This document shows, in pieces, positions 18,493-27,423 of a stretch of 62,711 nt of DNA. The notes beneath the pieces were generated by a model, which was given only the letters and a program-made list of their open reading frames with translations, was not told the origin of the DNA and made no database searches. Position 1 is the first letter of the stretch. Each line of letters starts with the position of its first letter. The translations under genes were made by a program, and so were the position numbers. This DNA is from a virus (Duplodnaviria; Caudoviricetes): the IMG/VR virus record IMGVR_UViG_3300020123_000077, positions 1-62,711 of that record, one strand, 5' to 3'.

Positions 18493-19817
18493 TGGCAAAA
18501 ATTAGCGTGTTGGCTGGCTCGACTGGCGTATCTGTAAATCTATTTATCAATAGCTCTACGAGCACCACAGGCGCGGGACAATCGGGCATCGTGTTTAACG
18601 CAGCCAGTTTTACTGCTTATTCCATCCGTCAAAGAACAACTGCTACGCCTATCACCTTGGCGACAAGCACCGTTGGAAATGGATGGACATCTGGTGGCTT
18701 CATCGAGATCGACTCAACCCATTGTCCAGGATGGTATAACTTTGACATACCGAACGCGGTTATCGGCACAGGATCGCCTTTTGCCAGCGTCCATTTTCAG
18801 GGCGCGGCAGGCATGGCTCCCTTACCGCTAGAGATAGAACTCACTGCATGGAATAATCAAGACGGTGTACGCGGTGGATTGACTTCTCTTTCGACCGCCG
18901 TGCCGGGGGCTGTTAACGGATTAATGATTGCCGGGACTAACTCGGCCTGTACTGTGAATATCGTCGGTACACACACAGGGAATCTAACTGGTTCAGTTGG
19001 TTCCGTTGTAGGCTCCGTTGGTTCCGTGACAACTGGCGTCACGAGCACATCCGTCACCGACAAGTCCGGCTATATTCTCTCCACCGGCACTCATACCAAT
19101 GCAGTTATTCCAACGGTCAATGTCGTTCAAACCGCGACTGTCAACAATCTTACATCGAATGCCTTGTCGCGTTATTTCGATACCGACGCAGGTACATACG
19201 CCACGTCTTCCGCGAACTCGGTGGTAAAACAGATCGCAGACAATGCCATTGGTGCTGGCGGCGCGCCTACTGTTGCGCAGATCGCTACTGCAGTATGGGC
19301 CAAGTTCGGCACCGGCACAGTCATGCTATCGACTGGTACGCACGTCGGGGCTGTTATCCCTACCGTGAATTCGATTCAAACATCCGCCGATGGCCGTATG
19401 GCCAATCTGGACGCCACGGTGAGCAGCAGAGCGGCGGCGGTGATTTTGGGAACGTCAACCAGCGCCGATATTGCCACCGGATTGGACGCGATCCGCGCCA
19501 AGACTGGTAATCTACCTTCTGCACCCGCAGCCACAGGTGATGCAATGGCCTTGACTTCCGGTGAGCGTACGACATTAGCAACGGTCATCACCACTTCATC
19601 GCTGACAGAATCGTATCGTGGCACAGGTGCTGGTGGATCAGTCGCACAAATGCTATATGAGATTCAGGCGCATGTCGGAAACTTTGTCTTGGTCGGCACG
19701 GCAACGTCTACCGGGGACGGCACCAAGTCACTATTGAAAGTCGATGGTACTACGACGGCAGCGACATTCCTCATCACCAGTACTGCAGCACCTAGCGGCA
19801 TCAAGCGGAACGCATAA
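18492..19817 (+). CDS. Ser/Thr-rich putative virion fibre protein
   Basis: GGFIEID...PGWYNFDIPNA domain; GSVGSV repeats; duplicated LSTGTHxxAVIPTVN; NLDATVSSR. Confidence 0.6.
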   Translation: MAKISVLAGSTGVSVNLFINSSTSTTGAGQSGIVFNAASFTAYSIRQRTTATPITLATSTVGNGWTSGGFIEIDSTHCPGWYNFDIPNAVIGTGSPFASVHFQGAAGMAPLPLEIELTAWNNQDGVRGGLTSLSTAVPGAVNGLMIAGTNSACTVNIVGTHTGNLTGSVGSVVGSVGSVTTGVTSTSVTDKSGYILSTGTHTNAVIPTVNVVQTATVNNLTSNALSRYFDTDAGTYATSSANSVVKQIADNAIGAGGAPTVAQIATAVWAKFGTGTVMLSTGTHVGAVIPTVNSIQTSADGRMANLDATVSSRAAAVILGTSTSADIATGLDAIRAKTGNLPSAPAATGDAMALTSGERTTLATVITTSSLTESYRGTGAGGSVAQMLYEIQAHVGNFVLVGTATSTGDGTKSLLKVDGTTTAATFLITSTAAPSGIKRNA

Positions 19818-20038
19818 TGTTTGGCAATATCGTCACGCTCGGTTTCAGCGCATTTGCAGGAACACCGCACATACCGACAATCGGCTATTCGTTTGGCGCA
19901 CCTCCACCTCCCGTTGTGGTCTCACATCACGGTGGCGATGACCCGCATGAATATGTGGATAGAAACTTGCTACGCAGGAAGAAACAGCAGAATATTGCAA
20001 TATCAATGGTTAAACAATTTCTGAAAGTCTATCAATGA
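19817..20038 (+). CDS. Small hypothetical protein
   Basis: TAATG and ATGA overlaps with neighbours. Confidence 0.5.
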   Translation: MFGNIVTLGFSAFAGTPHIPTIGYSFGAPPPPVVVSHHGGDDPHEYVDRNLLRRKKQQNIAISMVKQFLKVYQ

Positions 20039-23000
20039 GTTTGCGCGATTGCCTGAAAAAAGTAGGCCTATCCAAGCAGGATAGCGCCGTCGTGCGTGCT
20101 CTGGTGATGAATGAGAAAACGCCAAACAGGACAGCTGCCGAGTCAGCCAAGAGCGCGATTAGCAAAAGACTTGCCGAGTTGCATTCCGAGCGAGACTCGA
20201 TTAACAAGCAAGTCAATGACCATCTCTCTGGTAATAGTCAAGAAGAAAAAATTGCGGAACCTGCATCACAAAAAAATGAAGCAGAGATTGCTGCCGCCAA
20301 AGTAGAAGAAGCCAGCAAAGAAGCGGCACATAGTCCACTCAACGACAAGCCCCTCCCAACACCGGCTCAACATGAGGCCGGAAACTACGCCAAAGGCCAT
20401 GTCAATGTTTTAGGTATGGATATCACCATTGAGAATCCACGCGGCTCTGTGCGGTCTGGAATCGATCCCAATGGCAAAGAATGGCATGTCAAGATGACGG
20501 AACCCTATGGATACATTAAAAGAACTGTGGGCGGAGACAAAGAACATATCGATGTTTATTTGGGAAAGCACCTCACTGAAGATAATCCAGTCTTTGTGAT
20601 TGACCAGATCGACCCATCCACAAAGAAATTTGATGAACACAAGGTAGTTTTCGGTGCAAAAGGTTACGGCGAAGCAAAAGATATTTACGACAATCACTTT
20701 TCTGATGACAGCGGTGAGGTGCGTCGCGGTGCTGTGACCAAGATGGACTTGCAGTCATTCCAGAAATGGTTAAAGGGTGACACCACGACCGCACTGAAAT
20801 ATCAGGAACCGAAGACCACATCAAAGGCTGCGCCGGAGCGCCGCGCCGATACGACTACTCGCAAGTCAGTGTCCGATATGTCTGCCGATGAACTACGCCA
20901 GGCATTATTGACCGATCATTTGACAGGAATTAACAATCGCCGGGCTTACGAAGAGGCTGAAAAGTTACCAATTCAAGTCTCTTCTGATGCCGATTCATTG
21001 AAGTGGATCAACGATAATATGGGGCATGAATCCGGCGATAAAATGCTCAAGGCAATCGGTGAAGCATTCCGCTCGGAAACAGATCAAGCTTACCATATTT
21101 CTGGTGATGAATTTGTCGTACAGGCACATACACCAGAAGAAGCGCAACAGATCATGGATCGGGTTGCAGATCGCCTTTCTTCCGCTATACTACAAGCAGA
21201 CTCGCCAAGTGGTGATCGCATAACAGTTAAAGGAATAGGGGTAAGTCATGGAAAAGGAACCAGTCTCCAAGAAGCCGAATACGGACTCCAGCGAAATAAG
21301 CAAGAGCGACAAGATGCAGGGTTACGCAGTGCCCGTGGAACAGAGCCTCCAGGCACGACTCGAAGCGGAGGGAATCGGGAAGGGGTGGAAGATATCAAAA
21401 ATCACCCTGCCGCCGAAAGTAACGCATTAGAACAACCGGAAACAAAGCCGCCTCGCGCATTAACCAGGGAGGCGGCTAATCGCCTCGCCAAGCAATTCAC
21501 CGATCAAGGCAGTCCAACGCAAGTTATTCCTCATCCGACCGAACAGGGCAAGTATGCTTTGTTTAGTCGCGAAAAAACAATTGATGAAATACGCTCAAAT
21601 TATCCAGATGCAAAATTAGATATCCAAGAAAGAAAAGATTCTATCAATGTATCGCGTATTGTAATTGCGCCAGATGACAGGAATAAAGGTATCGGCACAA
21701 GGATAATGACTGATTTAATTGATCACGCTGATAAAACTGGAAAAACTATAACGCTATCTCCATCAAATGATTTTGGTGGATCAATTGTGCGCTTAAAGGC
21801 TTTCTATAAATCTTTTGGATTTGTAGAAAACGCAGGAAGAAATAAGGACTTCACTATTAGTGAATCTATGTATAGATTGCCACGTGATATTGATACAAAA
21901 TTCAAACGCGGGGAAGAGGGTAATGGCCTCAAATCATCGATGTTATCTGTCATGGCGAAGAACATCAAAGAGTCCTTCCCGCATGCCGCCGATATCGAAG
22001 TCCTTAAATCAACCCATGATGCACCAGAAGATTTACTATCGCAGATTCATGATGTAGATGGGCACGACACGATCAAGGGCGCTTGGTATGACGGCAAGGT
22101 CTATCTTTTTGCAGATAACATGCACTCACTCAAAGATGCCGAGACAACCATTCTGCACGAACTTGGGCACGATGGCATGCGCAAGTTGTTCGGTAAAGAC
22201 CTTGACCCTGTCCTGAAGAGTGTTTATGACGGTAGTGTCAAAGTCCAACTGGAAGTCGCCAAACTGCGTAAACAATTTCCTGATTTATCGATTACACAAG
22301 CAGTCGAAGAACACCTTGCCGACCTTGCTGCTTCTAAAGAACGTCCTACCTATCTCGGTAAAGTCGTCAGTTACATTCGTGACTTCTTGCGTCAGCACGG
22401 ATTTTTGACGAAGTTTTCTGATAACGATATTCTGAATATTGTTGAGTCGAGTCGTGGCGCATTGACTGGTACGCAAGGGGATTTTTCTGCCGCATTTAGC
22501 CGATCAATTAAAAACGAACTAGATGCCGCAAAAGAAGCATATGGCAAAGCACCGACCGCAAAGAATCTAAAAATATTAGAAGACTTGAAAAGTAAATATG
22601 CAGAGATTCCAAAATCTGAAGAAAGTGATTATCGTATTAGCCATCGCGCTCCCCAATCTGAATTTGGGGCACCATTACATGATTTAACAAAATTATATCC
22701 TGATGATATATATAGCTCTAAAGCGGCTCATTACTATGGGCATTTTGGACATGGTGACAAAATGGATGAGGCGTCTATAAAAATGGCGCAAAGTTTTCGA
22801 GATAAGCCAAATGCAAATGTGAAAATATATCGTGCCGTACCAGAGGGTGTTACTGGAATAAATTCTGGTGATTGGGTAACAATAAATAAAGAGTATGCAA
22901 AATATCATGGCGAATCTCAGTTTGATGGAAAATATAACATTGTAGAAAAAACCATTAAGGCAAAAGATATTTTCACAAATGGAGACTCTATTCATGAATG

Positions 23001-25581
23001 GGGATACGATCCAAATCATACGGCAATGTTTAGTCGCCCAACAAAGGCGCTAGATACGAGCCTTGATGAAATGAAAAAAATCAGCGATATAGCCTACGGC
23101 AAATTCCGTGAGTCACTCGCTACCATTGATCGTGAAACTGGAACTGTCGATGCCTCGTTAAAAACATTGCGTGATTACTTCAAATCCATCCCACAGGAAG
23201 ACCGCTGGAAGTCGATGGCCGAGTTTCAAAAAGGCGGCGTCAATGCCGTGAAAGATGCAAACGCCAGAGAGTTCTATGGTACATGGTCGAAAGCAGCGGA
23301 AGATCGTGCGCAAACCATGAAGGACTTCGATGAAGGATTTCTGAAAGAGACAATTCCAAACTACTTCTCGCAGATGTGGAAAGATCCGAAGTCAGCGATG
23401 GAATGGTATCAACGCATGATGGGAAAAGGCCCGCTTGAAGGCGGCAAGAACTTCATGAAGAAGCGTACCTATGCCAGCTATGAAGAGGGTATGTCGTGGA
23501 AAGTCTTTACAAAAGACGGTGACGCCAAGTTCTTTAAGACAGAAGAACAAGCGCGTGCCGCTGCAGGTAAAGACGATATGGTCAAGCCACCACTGGAGCC
23601 AATTTCCAATAATCCTACCGACATCATGCAATTGTCACTGCAGCAAATGGACAAGTTCATTGCAATGCACCAATTCAGAAACTATCTTGATGAAAACGGA
23701 TGGATTAAAACCGTGCGGCGTGGCGAACAAGCGCCGGATGGCTGGGCAAGAGTGGAAGACCCGTCATTCAGAACGCAACGTGCTGTCGTCATCAATGACA
23801 AGGAAACAGGCGAAGCGAATGCGGCAATCATCGGATTCGATTACATGGCACCGGCCTTGGTAGCGAAAGACCTGAACAATTACCTGTCAAAAGGGTTGGA
23901 GCAGCACGAGTTATGGCGCAACTTCCGCTATGCGCAAAACCTGATGTTGTCCGCCCGTCTCGGTTTATCCGCATTTCACGCAGGTTTCACGACGATGGAC
24001 ACGCTGGTGTCGCACGTCGATGTCGGTGCACGCTATCTATTGGATGGGGACGTTGGCAGCGCCGTCAAGATGTGGGGCAAGGCAATTACCTCCCCATTGA
24101 GCGCTCCGCTGGAAGGGCGTCGATTACTGAAACAGTTCTACGGACAGTCTGCAGCCGATCCGCACACTGCAGCAATCCTTGACATGATCACCAAAGGCGG
24201 TGCTCGTGGCAAGATGAATCCGACGGACTTCAATAATTCCATCAATACGTTTAAACAGGCATGGGACTCCAAGGATTTAAAAGGCACCGCCTTGCATGCG
24301 TTACCAGCGATGATGGAAGCGATTATGTCGCCTATAGCTAGTCACCTGGTTCCTTGGCAAAAGATGACTGCGCGTGTTCTGCTTGCGAAGTTTGAACTCG
24401 ATCACGTGGCCGAACAGTTGGGTAAACAAAAAGGTGATTATGCAGCGATTACCAAGGCCATGGGCGAAGACGCGATGCGTCAGATTGCCTACAAGGTTGT
24501 GCAGCAAGTCGATGACAGGCTGGGTCAGGTAGCGTATGACAATATGCGCTGGAACAAAATGGCGAAGCAGGTTGCCCAGGCATCGATCCAATCGGTCGGC
24601 TGGAACGTCGGTACGGCCAACGTCATCTTCGGTGGGGCGCGTGACGTACAGCGTCTATTCGCACCAGAACAGTTGTTGGCTCCATTGGATAGAGAAGGCA
24701 AGGTACACGGCACGTTAAGCAGAGTGACTGGCCGCTTGTCTTATCTGATTGCTTTGAACACTACGGTCGCCATGATGGGAATGGGTTTGCAGTATGCGAT
24801 GAGTGGCGAAGACCCAAAAGACTTGCGAGACCTATTCTTCCCGCGCACAGGGCGGAAAAATCCAGATGGAACCGATGAGAGGATTTCCCTGCCAAGCTAC
24901 ATCAAGGACGAATGGGCGTTAAGCCAGCATCCGATTCAAACAATCCAGCATAAACTCCATCCAAGTTTCTCGATGGTAGCCGAGTTATTGAACAACAAGG
25001 ATTTCTACGGAAACCAGATTGTCAATCCGGATGATCCATGGACAAAAATAGCCGGTCAGGTAGCTGGATATCTTGGTCAGTCCGTAACGCCTTATGCGAT
25101 TACCGGCATGCAGCAGAGCTTACATAAGGGAACGAGTCCTGAGATGGCAGCATTACCGTTTATCGGCGTGACACCGGCCCCTGCATCGGTATCGCGTACG
25201 CCGTTTGAAAGCTACGTGATCGATAAATACCAGGATGCATTCCATACCTCCAAGACGCCAGAAGGCGCAGAGAAAGCACAGGCACGTAGCGATGCGATCA
25301 ATGCCATCAAGAACGGGAAAGAACCCGATCTCACCATGTTCTCGCCACAGGAACGATCCAATATCTATACGAGCGCACGTACACCAATGCAAACCAGTTT
25401 GTTCAAACGTCTACCTCTGGAACAACAGTTGAGCGCTTACGATAAGGCCACCGTGGATGAGGTGCAAAAGTATAGATTGCTGCCTATCCTGTTACATAGT
25501 TACGCGATTCATGGATCACAAATGGATCAAGATGCAAGAGCACGTGCGCAAGAGATTATTACGGCAAAACAAAAATCATGA
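20035..25581 (+). CDS. Large polyvalent (virion-ejected) protein: inorganic-pyrophosphatase-like, GGDEF, GNAT, zincin and ART-like domains, helical C-terminus
   Basis: AGNYAKGHV...YGYI....GGD.EHIDVY...FDEHKV; TDHLTG..NRR...D.DSLKWINDNMGHESGD...SGDEF; RNKGIGT...FYKSFGF; HELGH; IYRAV...GDWVT...HEWGY. Confidence 0.85.
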   Translation: MSLRDCLKKVGLSKQDSAVVRALVMNEKTPNRTAAESAKSAISKRLAELHSERDSINKQVNDHLSGNSQEEKIAEPASQKNEAEIAAAKVEEASKEAAHSPLNDKPLPTPAQHEAGNYAKGHVNVLGMDITIENPRGSVRSGIDPNGKEWHVKMTEPYGYIKRTVGGDKEHIDVYLGKHLTEDNPVFVIDQIDPSTKKFDEHKVVFGAKGYGEAKDIYDNHFSDDSGEVRRGAVTKMDLQSFQKWLKGDTTTALKYQEPKTTSKAAPERRADTTTRKSVSDMSADELRQALLTDHLTGINNRRAYEEAEKLPIQVSSDADSLKWINDNMGHESGDKMLKAIGEAFRSETDQAYHISGDEFVVQAHTPEEAQQIMDRVADRLSSAILQADSPSGDRITVKGIGVSHGKGTSLQEAEYGLQRNKQERQDAGLRSARGTEPPGTTRSGGNREGVEDIKNHPAAESNALEQPETKPPRALTREAANRLAKQFTDQGSPTQVIPHPTEQGKYALFSREKTIDEIRSNYPDAKLDIQERKDSINVSRIVIAPDDRNKGIGTRIMTDLIDHADKTGKTITLSPSNDFGGSIVRLKAFYKSFGFVENAGRNKDFTISESMYRLPRDIDTKFKRGEEGNGLKSSMLSVMAKNIKESFPHAADIEVLKSTHDAPEDLLSQIHDVDGHDTIKGAWYDGKVYLFADNMHSLKDAETTILHELGHDGMRKLFGKDLDPVLKSVYDGSVKVQLEVAKLRKQFPDLSITQAVEEHLADLAASKERPTYLGKVVSYIRDFLRQHGFLTKFSDNDILNIVESSRGALTGTQGDFSAAFSRSIKNELDAAKEAYGKAPTAKNLKILEDLKSKYAEIPKSEESDYRISHRAPQSEFGAPLHDLTKLYPDDIYSSKAAHYYGHFGHGDKMDEASIKMAQSFRDKPNANVKIYRAVPEGVTGINSGDWVTINKEYAKYHGESQFDGKYNIVEKTIKAKDIFTNGDSIHEWGYDPNHTAMFSRPTKALDTSLDEMKKISDIAYGKFRESLATIDRETGTVDASLKTLRDYFKSIPQEDRWKSMAEFQKGGVNAVKDANAREFYGTWSKAAEDRAQTMKDFDEGFLKETIPNYFSQMWKDPKSAMEWYQRMMGKGPLEGGKNFMKKRTYASYEEGMSWKVFTKDGDAKFFKTEEQARAAAGKDDMVKPPLEPISNNPTDIMQLSLQQMDKFIAMHQFRNYLDENGWIKTVRRGEQAPDGWARVEDPSFRTQRAVVINDKETGEANAAIIGFDYMAPALVAKDLNNYLSKGLEQHELWRNFRYAQNLMLSARLGLSAFHAGFTTMDTLVSHVDVGARYLLDGDVGSAVKMWGKAITSPLSAPLEGRRLLKQFYGQSAADPHTAAILDMITKGGARGKMNPTDFNNSINTFKQAWDSKDLKGTALHALPAMMEAIMSPIASHLVPWQKMTARVLLAKFELDHVAEQLGKQKGDYAAITKAMGEDAMRQIAYKVVQQVDDRLGQVAYDNMRWNKMAKQVAQASIQSVGWNVGTANVIFGGARDVQRLFAPEQLLAPLDREGKVHGTLSRVTGRLSYLIALNTTVAMMGMGLQYAMSGEDPKDLRDLFFPRTGRKNPDGTDERISLPSYIKDEWALSQHPIQTIQHKLHPSFSMVAELLNNKDFYGNQIVNPDDPWTKIAGQVAGYLGQSVTPYAITGMQQSLHKGTSPEMAALPFIGVTPAPASVSRTPFESYVIDKYQDAFHTSKTPEGAEKAQARSDAINAIKNGKEPDLTMFSPQERSNIYTSARTPMQTSLFKRLPLEQQLSAYDKATVDEVQKYRLLPILLHSYAIHGSQMDQDARARAQEIITAKQKS

Positions 25582-26040
25582 ATTCAGGTGAATCAATGAT
25601 TGTGGCTTTTCAATAATCTCGTTCGATTGATAGCATGAAACACCAAGCGATGTAAATGCTTCCACCGTATCTGGGTCGCTTTCGAAGCGCATCAATACTT
25701 CCTCGCCCTTGCCTGCGTAGATATTCTGTGATGACTCTTGCTTGATGATGTGAGGTGGTCGCATATCCAAGTCTTCCCGCATGTGAATTGCACGTGGTTC
25801 CAGCATGCCAATTCCATTACACCATTCAATCATCTTTGAGCGGTCTCTCTCAGGTCGATTCGTCACGATATCGACATAAGGGATTTCATGGTCGCCATCA
25901 TCTTCTCTCAATGCATGGCCAATGATCTGCGCTTGCGTCACCAGCATATTGAACAGAACGACGCCGGATGGAATAGCCTCGCCTTTGGAGTCCATCAAGA
26001 CACCGTCAATTTCAAAAATAATCGCGTAACTTTTTTTCAT
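25576..26040 (-). CDS. HAD-superfamily phosphatase-like protein
   Basis: IIFEIDGVL (motif I, first Asp replaced by Glu), VTNRPE (motif II), MR...D.RP...IK; resembles a PNKP phosphatase domain. Confidence 0.65.
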   Translation of the reverse strand: MKKSYAIIFEIDGVLMDSKGEAIPSGVVLFNMLVTQAQIIGHALREDDGDHEIPYVDIVTNRPERDRSKMIEWCNGIGMLEPRAIHMREDLDMRPPHIIKQESSQNIYAGKGEEVLMRFESDPDTVEAFTSLGVSCYQSNEIIEKPQSLIHLNS

Positions 26041-26945
26041 AATGTTCCAGGTGTGATTCCATTAGCGCTTAAGACTTCACGCGCACCAAGCCACGCTTGC
26101 GCCTGACCAAAGATCATATTGACGAGTGGATCCCATGCATCCATACGAACGCCTTCCGGATGTAGATGGACGGCTTGCAAAGCACAGGTATGATAGAGCC
26201 GGTAGAGTTGTGCGTGATTTAACTCGGCAACACGCATGGATTCAACCGGATCGTTTTCAGCAGCCAGCATCTTCCCTCCAAATCCCATGTTCTCTGCACT
26301 CGCATGCTTGACATGAACGTGGTGCGGTTCTGCGATGACATAAAATCCCTTATCCAGAGCAGCCAGATAGCCCCACAGTACGTCGATTGTGTTGGGGCCA
26401 GCATGCGGCATCTTCTCCAAGAACTCGCGTGAATAACCGGCGATCACCGAACCATAAGCGAGTCTTGCAATTCCCTCACCGGCCGGCACATAGCCCGTCT
26501 CGGTTGGAAAGCCCGATACAGAATGCGCACCTACCGTGATGTCAACATCAGGTTCTGTGAAAAACATTGTCGTTGCAATCGCAGAGCATGGATTTTTCTC
26601 GATGGCTTCCATGCAGACCTTAACCCTATTTTCCAAAGAGTAGTCATCAGCACTGCATTGTAGTATGAAGTCAGCGTCAGTTTGCTTGACACACCAATCC
26701 ATATGTAGGTTCCCTGTTGCCATGCAATACGGGCCATCTATCGGACACGATACAACTCTTATTTCATGCTCGGCACCACGGGGGCATTCTAGAATCGCTT
26801 TGCCAATAACCTCCAAAGAATTATCCGTCGATCCTTGGTCGCTGATCAGGATCTCGCAAGGATATGTCTGTGCCAATGCACCTTGAACGGCTTTGTAGAC
26901 ATGCTGCGCTTTGTTTCTGTTATTGATTAGGAAGCAGATTTTCAT
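26037..26945 (-). CDS. Glycosyltransferase family 2 (GT-A)
   Basis: ALAQTYPCEILISDQGSTDNS and SADDYS (DxD-like) motifs. Confidence 0.85.
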   Translation of the reverse strand: MKICFLINNRNKAQHVYKAVQGALAQTYPCEILISDQGSTDNSLEVIGKAILECPRGAEHEIRVVSCPIDGPYCMATGNLHMDWCVKQTDADFILQCSADDYSLENRVKVCMEAIEKNPCSAIATTMFFTEPDVDITVGAHSVSGFPTETGYVPAGEGIARLAYGSVIAGYSREFLEKMPHAGPNTIDVLWGYLAALDKGFYVIAEPHHVHVKHASAENMGFGGKMLAAENDPVESMRVAELNHAQLYRLYHTCALQAVHLHPEGVRMDAWDPLVNMIFGQAQAWLGAREVLSANGITPGTL

Positions 26946-27415
26946 TTTTTATCCTCAGATGAGTCGCGCCACTCGTTAAGTTTTAAGCCATATAAACTAA
27001 GATTAATTTTTATTATATTAAGTTTTTTCGGCCCTAAATTTGGAACTTTAAGCAACTGATAGGCTGTCTTTGAGATAAGTTCATCAATAGAATTGATGCC
27101 TTCTGCACTCAATATCTGTCTAAGATTTTGGTGAATTTTTTTATCAAAAACTATATCCATAGAAACGGTAGGAGCCTTTAAAAGTATTTCTTTTGATTTT
27201 GTTTCTATATATTCATTTGCAACTATATTTATTTCTGGAATCTCGAACACTAAAAAAACGTTTGGCCCTCCCTGCCTAAGTGAAAATTTATCATTGAAAG
27301 CATTTGCAATTGTGTCTGCTACTGATCTATCCGAAAAAACACCGACTATAGCGGATGTAACACCATGATGAAGGCATCCGATATTCATAACTAACCATTG
27401 TTTTTTAATGTCCAT
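26942..27415 (-). CDS. Protein with a C-terminal RNA polymerase alpha-CTD-like domain
   Basis: LSAEGINSIDEL...LLKVPNLGPKKL..IK..L...GL.L matches the alpha-CTD HhH pattern; AT-rich. Confidence 0.7.
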   Translation of the reverse strand: MDIKKQWLVMNIGCLHHGVTSAIVGVFSDRSVADTIANAFNDKFSLRQGGPNVFLVFEIPEINIVANEYIETKSKEILLKAPTVSMDIVFDKKIHQNLRQILSAEGINSIDELISKTAYQLLKVPNLGPKKLNIIKINLSLYGLKLNEWRDSSEDKK

Positions 27416-27423
27416 GATAATTA

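Noticed and set aside
26037-26945. GT2 as a T4-like DNA glucosylation system
   Set aside because: I recognised no hydroxymethylase, TET/JBP dioxygenase or phage DNA polymerase. It is not fully excluded, and needs nucleoside analysis.
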